The notes beneath the pieces were generated by a model. That model was not told the origin of the DNA. It worked only from the letters and a program-made list of their open reading frames with translations, and searched no databases. Positions 31,440-43,900 of a stretch of DNA of 64,000 bases are shown piece after piece. The first letter of the stretch is position 1, and every line of letters starts with the position of its first letter. Position numbers and translations under genes: made by a program. The stretch comes from Paramoeba atlantica (lineage: Eukaryota > Protista > Discosea): NCBI GenBank assembly GCA_977017575.1, contig CDRNVI010000091.1, positions 1-64,000 of the forward strand. The letters run 5' to 3'.

Positions 31440-34400
31440 ATGAACCGCAGCAACGTGAAGTGGAGACTACTACATGAACGGTCCGGTTATGCTGTAACCT
31501 CTCAACCCAGGAACGCCCTTTTGTCTTCTGCCGTACATGAGAGCGTTTCGCTCACAGGGGAAAAGCACATTATTTCTAGGGTGCGAAGCTGTTTAAAACT
31601 TTCTCGGCCACGCATTGGAAGAATGATGCATTCTTTCGGGGTTTTGCGAGTGACAACGATCCCTCTTTTTCTTGCTTCTGGGCTTAATTCAAGGCAAACA
31701 TTCTTGTCTTCTTCACGTCACTGTTCCTCTCATGAAGAAGGTTTCGTTTCGAAGCCTAACACCGTGAGTTCTCATCCAGTAGGGGATGCTGAAAACTCCG
31801 GCGAGGATTCAGCGCAGGGCGAAGCGTCTCGGAAAGGAGAATGTGTAGATTGCGAAACTTCTATGGCAATGATCCGAACCATCTTACAGCATCTCACTCA
31901 CGGGCTTCAAAATGAAATATGCGAGACGTCAATTTTGGGTTCAAAGATGAACGAATTGAATTTCCTTAAAGAAGATAAATCGTTTTCTGGTGATATGACA
32001 GCATCGGAACCTTTGGTGGCAGTCCGCGTTCTGCAGTCACCTCATTCTGACTCAGAAGCGTTAAAAGAGTCGGGTAATAGCGATGATTCGTCCGCACGCA
32101 CAGTACTTCTTCCACTGCGAAAACTCGCACACTACCTTCTATCTTGCGTCTCAAATGTTACTTTACAAGCAAGTCGAAAAGAAATTTCTGCTACCACCGC
32201 TTCCCTACTTTCACTGATTCACCAATTGGATCCTGCAACCCTTCTCGGACATGAAAACCTTTGTACCCTAATAGAAATATTGAATGACACGGACCACTTC
32301 ATGCACGCAGTTTTACCTACCACAAGTGATCCTACGATCGATCAGGAACCGAGAATACTCTCCGCCTCTCGATCCGTATTACAAACGAATGGTGAGGGCT
32401 TCCGTGCCTTGTCGCGGCTACTCACCACGAAGGCCTACCATTTGCTAAAATCGCTTCGTGTTGTGGAACGATTCGCAGAGTGCTCCGTCACTCCGGCCTC
32501 TTCCTGGGTCCCTCTCAAACACATCACTGCAGCACATATCCAGGAAGCTAGTGTTTTCATACATACAATCCGTACGCTACGTCGCCCACAGCATAATAAT
32601 TTGGCCTACAGTATGAAAATAAATGACGCTCGAGATCCGTGTAGCCTACCGGATTTCGTTAACGAAGCTAACTCAGTTGCACTGGCAAAGGTTCCGCAGT
32701 TCACGCAAATAGATTTGCTCCACTCTGCTCTAGTGGAACGACATATGATCCCATTTCTGTTTGAGAAGACTCCTTCGAATACCGCTGCACGCTCGTTTGC
32801 ATATTTTCGTGCTATCATTTCCGCCCAACTACTGTCACTCTATGCGCAGTTCCCAGAACTAGGGAAAACGTCTATCCCGCTGCTTCCAAAGTGTGTGCGC
32901 GTGGAGAACTTGGTCCTCATGCGAACGCAGTTACAGGAGAGAGGTCTGGTCAAATCTGGTCAAACGGAAGAGCCAACGCTTACCAGTCACACGCTCGTCA
33001 GTGCCATTTTTTTACAATACGCATCCAATTTGGACGTCACGGAGGTGGATGCCAGTATTCTTGAAATAGTTTGGTCTCATCTTCCGTCGTTGACTTTAGG
33101 ACTGTCCCGTACTTCGGAGATAGTAGTTCCAGAGACTCTCGCTTCATTGCTTGGGGTTTCCGCTTCGTCGTTGTCCGAAGCTGTTACAAGAGCAATGGGC
33201 AATATTGGTTCTCTGGCAACCCGCTTTGCCAAGCGTATCGTGAAGTCTAGCGATTTTCCATCCAGCAATACCCTTCCTATTGTTTTTTGGCATGTGACAC
33301 AAACACTTGAAGAACTCTCCGGTAGCAAACTTTTTAAAGCGGTCAATCAATCGGAATCGGAATTAACCCCTTCTCAAAACATCTTCTCCGAAAGTTTTAA
33401 ACCTTTTACTCAAACTTTGTGCCGGTTTCTGTTATCTCTAACGGTATCTCTGTCGCCCATCGCCAATTCTGAATGCCCTCAACCGTCCACGTGGTTCGGC
33501 GAGTCACGTAATGCCCTCAATTCACTTGGGGTTTCACTTCACCCTTCTCAGAAGAGTGCAGAGCTCTTTCATGTCCACCCTTCTTTGCTACAATGTATTC
33601 GAAGTATGACCAACCTGATACAATTTCAACCCTTCTTACAGGCACTAAACGTGAAACCTGAATCGGCATCGATTGTTCTGAAACAAACGTGCGCTCATCT
33701 AAAGCGTTATTTAGGTTACGCAAACTCTTTGCATAAGTCAAGTTCCAATTTAGAATTCATAAAGCTTTCGACCCAGATTCTCGTATCTCTTGGAAAGGCG
33801 GGAGTATGGGTGAAAAAGAATTCCGCCGAGACTTTCGACGAACTCAGTCGTCCAATGGGTGAATTGGCAGAACATATTAGCAGCTGTCTCGCGGCATCAA
33901 GCTGTGCTAAATGCTGGTGGGCAATGACAGACACTAATGCCGACTTTAAAATTATTCTAGGAGACTTAAGCAACGTGCTTCCTGAAATACAGTCGTTATT
34001 TCTTGGAAGCAAACATGTATTCCTAAAAGATTTACAGGAACATCTTGTTGTGAGCTCTGAACCGTCCGACGAGCATTCTTTGACGCTGAATCAGGTTCTG
34101 GAATCTTTCTCCACCGATGACGCAGATGCTACTAATGAGCTCCTAGAGAAACAGTGGGCTCAGCTTCAACCACAACTTACGATACCAATGGTTCTAAAAT
34201 CGAACGCGGAGGACGTCTTCTCTCTGATCACTCGACTTCAAAAAATTCACCGTGCGTTAAGTGAGACAGATGAGGGATTTCAGTCTCTCTTCCAAGGGGT
34301 GTTTTGCATTTTTCTAAGGAAAAATTTTGGTGATGTGCTTCTCACTAGTCCCCCTGAGGTTGTTTCGGAGAGCCCCTCTTCGGAGCCCGTCCTGCATCAA

Positions 34401-37400
34401 CTTGGACATTTGGTGGAACTTGGAGAGTGCTGTGTTCTTTTTAGAGACCGTTCGCGTTTTCTGCGCTTTATCCTCCCCCGTGTCCTCCGTGGAGTCTCGA
34501 CCATCACACTACCGCAGGTAGAGAGCGTGCTTCGTCAGCTCTACCAGCTCGGTATCACGGACGAGGACTTTGCTGGATGCAGCACTCAAGCGTTGCTCCC
34601 CGCCTGTCTCTCCCCTGAACTCACAGAGAATATTGCTGAGAAAACCCCACAGAGTTCGCTTGTGTCCTTTTCTTCCCTTTTACAAACGCAAACCACTCAA
34701 GAGTGTAACCTCGTGTTGTGTTCCCCTTCGCTCTATCCTGGGGTGGAAGACGTGTTTTGTCAACGACTGCTGGCACTAGGGCAAAGCCTTGGACCTTCCT
34801 CGGCGCTGGGTCTTCTACTCCATTTTTGTGCGGTGTTTCACAATCGCTTAAGTCTGCCTCGAGAACGTCTGGATGTGATTGCATTGGCTGCGCTGGAAGT
34901 CGTACGTCGTCCCACCGTGTTGGACACCGCACTTGGGGTTCTTCATGAGCGTTTGTGCGCGGCTCGGTTGGGAGAAGGGGGAAAGGTGTCTGCTTCCTCG
35001 TCTGGCGGGTCCACGTCCTCGTCTGATGCTCCCTCCTCACGTGAAAAGCCGCATCAACCGAACGCAGAATTAATTCCGGAGACGGAAGCGGAGTTAGCGA
35101 CGATAGCGTATGCCAACCCTCCACGAGCGACGCTTTATGTGTTGTGTCGCGCCGCACTGTCTGATCCTACTGCACTTGCAGAACCCTTTACGGATCAAAA
35201 CAGTGAAGGGATAGAAGATAACGACACGAATTCTGCGGGTATTGCACTCTCCGAGTCTCAACTTCGGATTTTAAAAGTGGTGGAATGCGTAACACACTTC
35301 TACGTGCGTACGGATAAGAGTCTTCTCGAAGCATTGGTGGTGAACCTCGGGGAGAGTCTGGAGGGGCTGGTCGCGGCAAGAAGGTTGGAGGCATCGTCCT
35401 TGGAAAACGCTCACAGCAAGTTTGTTCCTGCTTTGCGATGGGTACTGACTACGCTGCACGCTGTAACTCACGTCGACACCTCCGCATCTCTGCACTCCAT
35501 AGCGCTCCCTGAGGACATTCCCAGTACCACTTGGATTGGATGGAACTACAGCCTCTATTCTCGAGCGCAATCTCTTCTTCCCTCTGATCTACGCGCGAGA
35601 CTCCTTGGGGCGGTTCTACCTTCCCTCGCGAAGGTACTCGTGGAATTTCCTCCCAAAGACACGCACTTCGCGATAGAGACCTTGACCTCTCGTGAGTGGG
35701 TGATGCTGTGTGTGCTGCTAAACTCATACAACCCATGGGAGGCGCTTCCCACTAGAGCATCCTCGGACGACGCTCTATCAGTTTCATTACACACCTCACT
35801 GGGCCCCGTGGAGATGAGTCACTTAGCCGAGGCCACGGCGCGGAGTCTTTCTGCGTTACTTGATCGCGGCACCCAACTCACCGGAGACTCCTCCCACACC
35901 CTTTCCCACCTCCACTTTGAGCTCTCCCAGCTCGTTCAGCTCAACCCCTATCTGGCACACTCCATCCTGTACGCTCAACCCACAGGGGCTACCCAACCCG
36001 CCCACGGTGCCCCCACAACCGCGCCCTCGCTCCTCTCTTGGGCACTCTTCCTCCGAGCTCTCGGACCCTTCTACAAACCCCTCAGCAACCCTTCCTCCAT
36101 TCAACCCTCCAAGCCCTTTACCAACGTGTTTCCATCCCCCCCTCCCGAGTCTTCTTCTTCCCTCTCCGCCATCGTCTCCCCGGATTTTCTGGTACGGCAA
36201 CTCTGCCACCTCTCCCACCCTCCACCGGTACTCCTGGAGGTCGCCGCGCTGCTGCGTCAGGCGGTTTACGAAGTCCCCCCTCCTGTGTTACTCCACCTCG
36301 CCGCGGCACTCACCCACACAGCGCTGGAGCAACACGCCCCCGCCCTCAGCCCCTCCGGGGAGTGTCCCCAGCCGAGGAGAAAAGAAACAGAGGTGCTGGG
36401 CCGCACGGCGGGGTCAGAGGGAATGGCAAGCCCAACCGGGTCAAAGGATTCCGGGGAGACGGCATCCCGGGAGGGGCAGCTCATGGAAGAGCGATCTCCG
36501 ACACAGTCCATGTTTCGCTCTCTCACCTCCGTGGCGCTGGGTAAAACTGCGCAAGAGGATGTGCCTAAGACTGGACAATTCGCCTTTCTTGCGGGCACCG
36601 CACTGGGGTTACTCCAGCCCGGGTCTCGTGCCACCACGCTGTTCTCGGCGTTCCTGGAGGACTGGCTTGATGTGTTTGCTTCGGTAATCGAGCCCCACCT
36701 GGAGGAACTCACCGCAGGGGAGTTTGTCGTCTTTTTACGTGTGATGACGAGTGCACGGATGAGTGACAAGGAGTCGCTCCTTCACGCTGCTGTGAAAAGT
36801 GTGAAACGGCGGTGCCCGACGCACTACGGAGACTATTTCAGGAGAGGTTTCACTTCCAAAGACACCATTCCGGTACGACGGTACACACTTATTCCCTCGG
36901 AGCTCATTGACGTGTTAAAGTGTCTCACAGAGTTGCGTCAGGAGTGTCATGGTTTGCTACAGACCGCACTGCCAGCGTTACGGGTGGCACTGCGACTGTC
37001 CGTTCCTTCCGAGAACAGAACGAATGTGGGCGGCGGTCCACCGTACTACGCAGCCCCCGCCCTCACCGCGCTCTCCCTGCATAACCTTGAGAGTTTGCTC
37101 TTTGTCGCGCACTGTGCCTCGCTGCGGGATGTCTCTCTTCTGGTCACAGTGATTACCCGTGTAGGAGAGTGGCTCCAAGCTGGGGTCCCGATTGCACCTC
37201 GTCAAATTACCTACACCCTCTGTTTGCTCGCGAGTAATGCCTCGCTACTGGCCGCATTTACGCGAAAAGTACGTGAACAATCCAACGACCCAACCCCCTC
37301 GGAAAACGAACCCCACGAGGACGAAAAACAACCCCAGCCCGTCTCCACCCCCCTCACCCCCGAGCAACCCTACCACCCCGACGGCACCCTCGCCCCCCAC

Positions 37401-38594
37401 CTCGCCTCCCAGGCCCTCCACAACCTCCAAGGCGCCATCCTCGACCTCCTGGAGTGGCTCACCGACATCGCGGACTCCCTCCAAGCCGACGAGTCCGTCC
37501 TCCTCCTCGACGCCCTGGCCCGGCTCAGCAAAGGCATCGCCACCCTCCTCCACCTCCCCTCCCCCGCGGAGTCCACCCAGGTCATCCAAACCGCCGTCGA
37601 GGCCGTGCTGCGTCGTGTCGAGGCCCTTCTCCCCGTCCTCCCCCCCGCCCCCCTCTCCGCGATCTGCGCCGCCCTCTCCCGGCTCCACCCCCTAAGGTAC
37701 GAATCCACCCTGGCCGCCCTCGCGGACCGCATCCTGGAACACCCCGAGGGCTTCGTCCGCGGGCACGACATCGTGCGCGTCCTGCACGCCTTTGGGCGGC
37801 TCCGGGTCCCCCACAAGGGGCTCTTCGCCGTCCTCGCGGACCGGCTGAGGCTGCGCGCGACCCGGGCCTCGTTGAGCCCCACCGACGCGGTGCTCGCGAT
37901 CCAGGCCTTCGGGGAGGCCCGGCACCTGGATGAGCCCCGGGTCCGGGAGCTCGCCTCGGCGTGTGTGGGGGAGAGGGGGCGGCTGGGGCACGTGGACGTG
38001 TTGGTGGCACTGACCGCGATGGCCAAGCTGCGGGTGCACCATGAGGGGTTCTTTCGGGCCATGGCGGAGAGGGTGGTGGAGCTGGTTCAGGAGTTCAGTC
38101 TGCCGCAGCTGGCACTGCTGTTGCACGCGTTCGCGAGGATGAATCTGACGCATGGGGAGATGGTGGCGGCGGTGATGGGGAGGATTACGGAGGAGATGGA
38201 GGAGATTGATGGGAAGACGACGGCGAATGTGTTGGTGAGTCTGGGGGAGATTGAGTATGCAAGGATAGAGGTGTGGACGGCGTTGGCGGATCATATTAGT
38301 TCGTCCCCGGCGAACACCGCGACGTTGACGGTGCGGAATGTGGAGGATTTGTGTACGCTGTGTCAGCGCACGAACTGGTGCCACGAACCGCTGTTGATGA
38401 GTCTCGCAGAGCACTTGGCGAACCTTGCGGAGAATCAGCCGGAGAGCTCCTCGGGGTTGTCGAATATCGTATCCCCGGCGGTGGCGCGGCTGTTGCTCGA
38501 CACGTTGGGCATATTCTTGCTGAATCATCCCCACGCGCGTAAGGTGCTGTCCCCGCTGGCCAGTGCGGCCTCGTTAGAGAACAAGGGATTATGA
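31440..38594 (+). CDS. 2384-aa alpha-helical protein with C-terminal OPR/FASTK-like repeats, possibly organellar RNA-binding
   Basis: Long uninterrupted ORF; repeats such as [45 protein letters not shown]. Confidence 0.6.
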   Translation: MNRSNVKWRLLHERSGYAVTSQPRNALLSSAVHESVSLTGEKHIISRVRSCLKLSRPRIGRMMHSFGVLRVTTIPLFLASGLNSRQTFLSSSRHCSSHEEGFVSKPNTVSSHPVGDAENSGEDSAQGEASRKGECVDCETSMAMIRTILQHLTHGLQNEICETSILGSKMNELNFLKEDKSFSGDMTASEPLVAVRVLQSPHSDSEALKESGNSDDSSARTVLLPLRKLAHYLLSCVSNVTLQASRKEISATTASLLSLIHQLDPATLLGHENLCTLIEILNDTDHFMHAVLPTTSDPTIDQEPRILSASRSVLQTNGEGFRALSRLLTTKAYHLLKSLRVVERFAECSVTPASSWVPLKHITAAHIQEASVFIHTIRTLRRPQHNNLAYSMKINDARDPCSLPDFVNEANSVALAKVPQFTQIDLLHSALVERHMIPFLFEKTPSNTAARSFAYFRAIISAQLLSLYAQFPELGKTSIPLLPKCVRVENLVLMRTQLQERGLVKSGQTEEPTLTSHTLVSAIFLQYASNLDVTEVDASILEIVWSHLPSLTLGLSRTSEIVVPETLASLLGVSASSLSEAVTRAMGNIGSLATRFAKRIVKSSDFPSSNTLPIVFWHVTQTLEELSGSKLFKAVNQSESELTPSQNIFSESFKPFTQTLCRFLLSLTVSLSPIANSECPQPSTWFGESRNALNSLGVSLHPSQKSAELFHVHPSLLQCIRSMTNLIQFQPFLQALNVKPESASIVLKQTCAHLKRYLGYANSLHKSSSNLEFIKLSTQILVSLGKAGVWVKKNSAETFDELSRPMGELAEHISSCLAASSCAKCWWAMTDTNADFKIILGDLSNVLPEIQSLFLGSKHVFLKDLQEHLVVSSEPSDEHSLTLNQVLESFSTDDADATNELLEKQWAQLQPQLTIPMVLKSNAEDVFSLITRLQKIHRALSETDEGFQSLFQGVFCIFLRKNFGDVLLTSPPEVVSESPSSEPVLHQLGHLVELGECCVLFRDRSRFLRFILPRVLRGVSTITLPQVESVLRQLYQLGITDEDFAGCSTQALLPACLSPELTENIAEKTPQSSLVSFSSLLQTQTTQECNLVLCSPSLYPGVEDVFCQRLLALGQSLGPSSALGLLLHFCAVFHNRLSLPRERLDVIALAALEVVRRPTVLDTALGVLHERLCAARLGEGGKVSASSSGGSTSSSDAPSSREKPHQPNAELIPETEAELATIAYANPPRATLYVLCRAALSDPTALAEPFTDQNSEGIEDNDTNSAGIALSESQLRILKVVECVTHFYVRTDKSLLEALVVNLGESLEGLVAARRLEASSLENAHSKFVPALRWVLTTLHAVTHVDTSASLHSIALPEDIPSTTWIGWNYSLYSRAQSLLPSDLRARLLGAVLPSLAKVLVEFPPKDTHFAIETLTSREWVMLCVLLNSYNPWEALPTRASSDDALSVSLHTSLGPVEMSHLAEATARSLSALLDRGTQLTGDSSHTLSHLHFELSQLVQLNPYLAHSILYAQPTGATQPAHGAPTTAPSLLSWALFLRALGPFYKPLSNPSSIQPSKPFTNVFPSPPPESSSSLSAIVSPDFLVRQLCHLSHPPPVLLEVAALLRQAVYEVPPPVLLHLAAALTHTALEQHAPALSPSGECPQPRRKETEVLGRTAGSEGMASPTGSKDSGETASREGQLMEERSPTQSMFRSLTSVALGKTAQEDVPKTGQFAFLAGTALGLLQPGSRATTLFSAFLEDWLDVFASVIEPHLEELTAGEFVVFLRVMTSARMSDKESLLHAAVKSVKRRCPTHYGDYFRRGFTSKDTIPVRRYTLIPSELIDVLKCLTELRQECHGLLQTALPALRVALRLSVPSENRTNVGGGPPYYAAPALTALSLHNLESLLFVAHCASLRDVSLLVTVITRVGEWLQAGVPIAPRQITYTLCLLASNASLLAAFTRKVREQSNDPTPSENEPHEDEKQPQPVSTPLTPEQPYHPDGTLAPHLASQALHNLQGAILDLLEWLTDIADSLQADESVLLLDALARLSKGIATLLHLPSPAESTQVIQTAVEAVLRRVEALLPVLPPAPLSAICAALSRLHPLRYESTLAALADRILEHPEGFVRGHDIVRVLHAFGRLRVPHKGLFAVLADRLRLRATRASLSPTDAVLAIQAFGEARHLDEPRVRELASACVGERGRLGHVDVLVALTAMAKLRVHHEGFFRAMAERVVELVQEFSLPQLALLLHAFARMNLTHGEMVAAVMGRITEEMEEIDGKTTANVLVSLGEIEYARIEVWTALADHISSSPANTATLTVRNVEDLCTLCQRTNWCHEPLLMSLAEHLANLAENQPESSSGLSNIVSPAVARLLLDTLGIFLLNHPHARKVLSPLASAASLENKGL

Positions 38595-38877
38595 GTGTAA
38601 GAAAAGTGTTATACGGTGTACACGGGTTAGTTTCAAAAATAAATGGAATGAAAAGAGAGTAAGAGGAGCGAATGTTGTCTATTAACTTTACTAACTAATC
38701 ACTACTTAAAGTTTACTACGAGTGTACTTACTATGCTCAATCTTCGTCGCTTAAAGGGGGTGTACGAATTTAAATTGTGCATCTTTATTTGTGGAAGTGT
38801 TTCACGCGAAAATTATTTTATTCCCCCACAGACTTTTTTTAAAGTTTTTACACTGTTTTGAGCATCCTATAACCCGT

Positions 38878-39723
38878 ATGTCAGACAATCAAACTGTGGG
38901 AAAGCATCAACAGGATGTAAGGAGTACATCTGCTCAAAGTTTCAGTAGTCGTCGCGGAAAAGTTTCTCGAGCATCTTTTCCTCCGGAAATAGAACTTTTT
39001 CGATTTATAGAGGGCTTGACGAATACAGATCCAACTTGGAATGCATCGACGCCTGCTTGCAAATGGTCTGGAATACGTTGCTGTGATCCAACTCGACCAC
39101 AGGACGTCACAGACATCGTATGGCAGCGACTTGAGCTTTGCGGGACTCCAAATTGGAAGTATTTACCCGAATCCGTGCTTTTTCTGAACTTGTTTCGAAA
39201 TGCTTTGACGGGTAACTTACCGCTTAACGTTCTCCCTAGAAATCTTGGGATTCTGTGTTGTGGTGAAAATGAACTCAATGGTGCTTTTGAAGTAGAGCAC
39301 ATGCCGGATCTCATGGTTCAAGCGTATTTGTTTATAAACAATTTATGTGGGACTCTGGACCTCTCTCTTTTCCCTTCAAGTCTTGAAAACCTTTCGCTAT
39401 CTCAAAACCATTTGTTCGGGCCTCTCGATTTTTCTTTGTTAGCAACGAACCTCATAGAGCTAAACTTATCTATCAACAAGTTTACGGGGACTATTGATCT
39501 AGGTCATCTCCCCTCATCCTTGGTTTCTCTCTATTTGGACAATAATCGCTTTGTGAGTATAAAGGGGCTAAATTCATTGCCCGAAGCCATGGTTGTTTTG
39601 CACCTGGCATACAATGAGGATCTTAAGGGGGAATTTCGTATCTCATCGTTGCCTTTATCTCTTCGTCGCCTTACAGACACAAATTTTGACATACGTGAGA
39701 CACAAGTAACGTACTTGCCTTAA
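38878..39723 (+). CDS. leucine-rich repeat protein
   Basis: GKVSRASFPPEIEL, PACKWSGIRC cap, ~7 LRRs. ATG 38878. Confidence 0.87.
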   Translation: MSDNQTVGKHQQDVRSTSAQSFSSRRGKVSRASFPPEIELFRFIEGLTNTDPTWNASTPACKWSGIRCCDPTRPQDVTDIVWQRLELCGTPNWKYLPESVLFLNLFRNALTGNLPLNVLPRNLGILCCGENELNGAFEVEHMPDLMVQAYLFINNLCGTLDLSLFPSSLENLSLSQNHLFGPLDFSLLATNLIELNLSINKFTGTIDLGHLPSSLVSLYLDNNRFVSIKGLNSLPEAMVVLHLAYNEDLKGEFRISSLPLSLRRLTDTNFDIRETQVTYLP

Positions 39724-39873
39724 ATGTGAGAAGACTTTTAAAGGACAGCGTGGTCTTTTTGGTGCTCTTCATGTAAATAGTGAAGTTTTCGGTTCAATCT
39801 TGTGCCATCCTGCACACTTGTACTCATGCACTTTTTGTTTTTTTGCGGTAGCTGTATACAAGAAAGCAATTTA

Positions 39874-40575
39874 ATGAGTCGCATAGCAAGTGAAGTTCCG
39901 TGTGAGACAGAGAATGGCGATTTTCAAACGCATGAAAATAATTCTGAGTATTGTTGTCGAGTATGTGGCTTTATTCTTTTTACAGAGACACAAGTCGCCT
40001 CTCATTCTTACACGTACTGTACAAAGCCACGCTCTTACACTCTGTCGAGCGAAAATAATGAGCGATTTGTTCAGTCCTCTTCTCAACCTAAAGCATTTCG
40101 ACATAAACACTATCATCAAGCCCGTGAGTACTCACCAAACTGTAGTTCCATCTTTATTTCATGGAATAATTCTCACGATGAACCTCCCCGTGCATCAGAA
40201 GACCTCCAAATTCAGTCGGACACAGAAACAAATGGATCGACTACCGTTTCTTCAAGCAGAAACTCGGTTTTCGGTGCACCAGAAAGTGAGAACTGCGCAA
40301 ATTTAGAGCCTTCAGCAATTCTTTCTTGGGTGCGAAATTACGTACACGCGCGTACCTTGAATGGACAACTTATGGGTGATTTGTACTGTCCGTCTTCAGC
40401 ATGCAACTTAATTGTCCCTACTAAAGCCGATGTAAAAAATGGACAACCAGCGCGCTCTTCCGCAGTTAAGGTGGGAAGGTACAATTTATGTGGCGCACAA
40501 TGCTCCTGTGGATACTGGGTGTGTCCTGCCGTCCAGTTTACGCGCTCTCGAATTGAAAAGCGCTGCGTCACGTAG
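39874..40575 (+). CDS. stand-alone YVH1/DUSP12-type zinc-binding domain protein
   Basis: YCCRVCGFILF...H, CSSIFI, GDLYCP..C, KVGRYNLCGAQCSCGYWVCPA; no phosphatase domain. ATG 39874. Confidence 0.72.
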   Translation: MSRIASEVPCETENGDFQTHENNSEYCCRVCGFILFTETQVASHSYTYCTKPRSYTLSSENNERFVQSSSQPKAFRHKHYHQAREYSPNCSSIFISWNNSHDEPPRASEDLQIQSDTETNGSTTVSSSRNSVFGAPESENCANLEPSAILSWVRNYVHARTLNGQLMGDLYCPSSACNLIVPTKADVKNGQPARSSAVKVGRYNLCGAQCSCGYWVCPAVQFTRSRIEKRCVT

Positions 40576-40967
40576 GTGCTACAGTGGAGAGACTAGCGTT
40601 CTCCTGTATATACAATGTTGCGCGTGGAAAAATCAGACCGTCGGTCAACGAACGAGTCGTTTTATAGAACCTGCACAGCAAGAACTCTTTCCTGGGAGAA
40701 CGTCATGTATTGTGACACAGGCCTGTTTCGTGTCGCTTGTGTTGACAAAAACAACTCTCTTCAACTCTTTTAATCCGCAACCCATGAAGTTCGTTAATCG
40801 AACGTCGGCTCCAGCGCCTCAAATACTGGACTTTCCTTCGTTTTTCCTCTTCGTTGTATATTCTTCCTTTTCATCGCCATTTCCCTTTCTTTTCTCTCGC
40901 ACTCCACTATTCAACTCTCCTTCCTCCCACCTTTCCACACCCTCTCCCCTTCCCCCTCCCCTACCCC

Positions 40968-43900
40968 ATGCCCTCCACCCACCCCCCTTCTCCTCCCCCC
41001 GTCCCCCTCCCCCACAACCCCTCCCCCCCTCCCCCCCACTACACCCTTCCCACCACCTCCACCCACACCCGAACCCGATCCGCCTCCTCCTCCCGTCCCA
41101 CAACCACAACCACCACCTCATCACACCGTCCCTCCCGTCCCCTATCCTCTCGTGTCGTCCCAACTCCCCCCACCACAAAACCCACCAACCACACCGTCAC
41201 CTCGACCTCACGGGCAGCAGCAACCACCACAGCAGCAACCACCACAGCAACCACCACCACAGCAGCAATCACCACCACAGCAGCAACCACCACCACAGCA
41301 GCAACCACCACAGCAGCCACCACCACCACAGCAGCAACCACCACCACCCTACCCCCTTCCCACCCCCCTCGTTCCCTCTCCTCTCCCTCCGTCCCCCCCC
41401 CTTTCCCCTCCTCCCCCTCCTCCCCCCTCGCCCCCGACCCCCTCCCCACGGCCTACGACCGCAACACCGCCGCCCACCCCCGCCCCCCGGGCTTCACCCA
41501 TCGCACCCTCCTCTTCGTCCGCCGCCACGCCCCCCGCCCCCCCCACGAGCTCCCCGCCGCGGCCTACTTCACCGGCACGGGGGTCGTCGACACCCACCCC
41601 GCCGTCCACGCCAGGGCCATGGCCCTTGTCGGGGACGTCGTGTGGGTCGCGGACCGCACCGGGGCCCTGCGCCTGTACGACTTCGCCACCGGCAACCCCC
41701 TCCGCACCACCCCGGGGAAGCGCAGCATGTTCGTGCTGTGCCTGCTGGAGGTGGGGGTCCACGTGTGGGCGGGGTTCGCGGACGGCATGGTGCGGGTGTT
41801 CGACCGGAGCACGCTGGAGGTGCTGAAGGAGACCCGGGAGCACGCCGAGGGAGGGGGGGTGCAGGTGATGTGCCACGCGCTGCGGGGGAGGTGTGTGTTT
41901 ACGGGGAGTTTGGATTTTTTGATCACCATGTGGGATGCGGTGTCGTGTGAGCGGATGAGGATTTTGCAGGGGCATCGGGGGGCGGTGCGCGCGTTGCAGG
42001 TTCACGGGAATGTGCTGTACAGTGGCGGGGATGACTGTAGTATTAAGCTCTGGGATCTGTTCTCCGGGTCCTGTTGTGGGAACTGGGAAGGGCATCGAGG
42101 GGCGGTGCGTGCGCTGCTCGGGAGTGGCTCCCAGCTCTGGTCCGCGAGTGAGGATGGTACGGTGCGTATTTGGGATATTGCCACCCCGGATACAGGCTCC
42201 CGCGGAGGGTGTTGTGTGCATCGCATACAGGACCCTCACACGGGGCCTGTGACAGCTCTGCTGCTGGTCGGAAGCAAGGTGTGGAGCGTGTGTCTTGCGA
42301 CGGTGTTTTTGTGGGATCTGCGCACGTTTGAGCTCCAAGGCCAGTTTTGCGCCCACACCGGGTATGTCACCGTCTCCGCGGTGATTCACCAAAGTGTGTG
42401 TAGTCGGCTGTGGACCTGTGCGGCCGATGGGGAGCTTAAGGTGTGGAATGCAGAGAGTGCCTGGGGTGGAGCATTGCACGCTGCCACAGACCAACATGCT
42501 CAGGAGACGGAGCTTCATCTGGAGCAGAGTTTAGCGCAGTGCGTGGCAATGCGCGACCGTGCAGGGGAACTCGGGACCGAGCTGCAACGCGTGCGCACAC
42601 AGCACGCAGCGTCAGTGGAGGCCGGTCGCCTGTTAGAGAAGGAAAGGAATGCGGCACTGGAAAAGGCAAATACTTTTCATCAAGAATTGACACTGTTGGG
42701 GGGCTTGGAGCAAAAGGCCTCGGAAGCGTTTCAAACGAAGGAGAACGAATGTAAAAGTTTACAACAGCATTTGGACCGACAACAAAAGGAATTGAAAAAG
42801 TTTCAAAGGGGAGAATTGATTTTTTCGGAGCATTCTACGCGGTGTTTTCTTGAACAAGATGAGCAGCGAGCAATGCGTCTCTGTTGGGAAGACTGGAATA
42901 ACGGGCTATTGAAAAAATTATGTGATGATCAAAAATTTCACGATGCCTACGTTCGATCTGTTGAAAAGGTTAGACAACATTTGGAAGACGAAAAGCACAT
43001 GAATAAGGAACTGCACAATGTCTGTGTAACGGCGCGTTGCGAAAATACTGAACTTTTAGCAAAGATAGCCGATGCAGAGCACTCTATTGTCATAATGAAA
43101 GGTCACAAGGAGGAATGTGAAGGGGTACGTGCCGATTTGAAAAACGTTGAAAAACAATTAGAGGAAAAAAACGTTGAGGCTACCCATTTCAAACACGAAT
43201 GTGAGATCTTTACTATTGAAAGGCATGAGCTTACAGATGCTATACGGAATCTAAAAAATGTTTTGGGCGAGAAACAGAGACTTTTAGATCAGCAAGAGGC
43301 TACAACATCCTCTTTTCTAAAATTAAAAATAGAGCACGGAGAGCAGGCTAGACTCTTCGATAAAACTTTAAAAGAAAATGAGGCATTGCGTGCTGAAAAT
43401 ACAACACTCCAAACTAAGGCAACAGATTTGCAAGAACTCACAATGACTACGAAGCAAGAATACCATGTAGAGCGGGAAATGTCTCATTCAAAGTTGATGG
43501 AGTTACAAAAAGATAATTGTACACTATCGGACACGAAGGGAGTTTTGCAATCGAGAATTAACAATCTTATTGAAGAAAATGAAGAGCAACGCACATGTAT
43601 TGAAGCACTCATGCACACAATCGATGAAGATAAAAAAGAACTCATTGCCCTGAATATAACGAAAGAATCTCAAGATGAAGCTTTGTCAACCGTTTCAAAA
43701 ATCGCTGTGCAATATGTTTCTGAAATAAACTCTGGCCGAGATTCCGTTTCCAGTCGCACATTCGATGAGACTGAAGAGCCTTCCGAAGAACAAACGAAAA
43801 CAAAGGAAAAGAAAAACAATTTTGGGGACATTGCGATACAACGTGTCACAGAGCTTGTTTCATCCCTATACCTGAGGGGAAACAGCGGCGGCCATGCACA

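Noticed and set aside
388-38534. Many antisense or overlapping Pro/Gly/Arg-rich ORFs (e.g. 388-1233, 7699-8058, 13087-13599, 35860-36687, 37245-38534)
   Set aside because: Expected shadow ORFs in GC-skewed coding DNA that lacks stops; no motifs.
40439-41950. 503-aa His/Pro-rich ORF and the poly-Gln ORF at 41152-41826
   Set aside because: Alternative frames over the C-rich island of the WD40 gene; only the 40968 frame continues into WD40 repeats.
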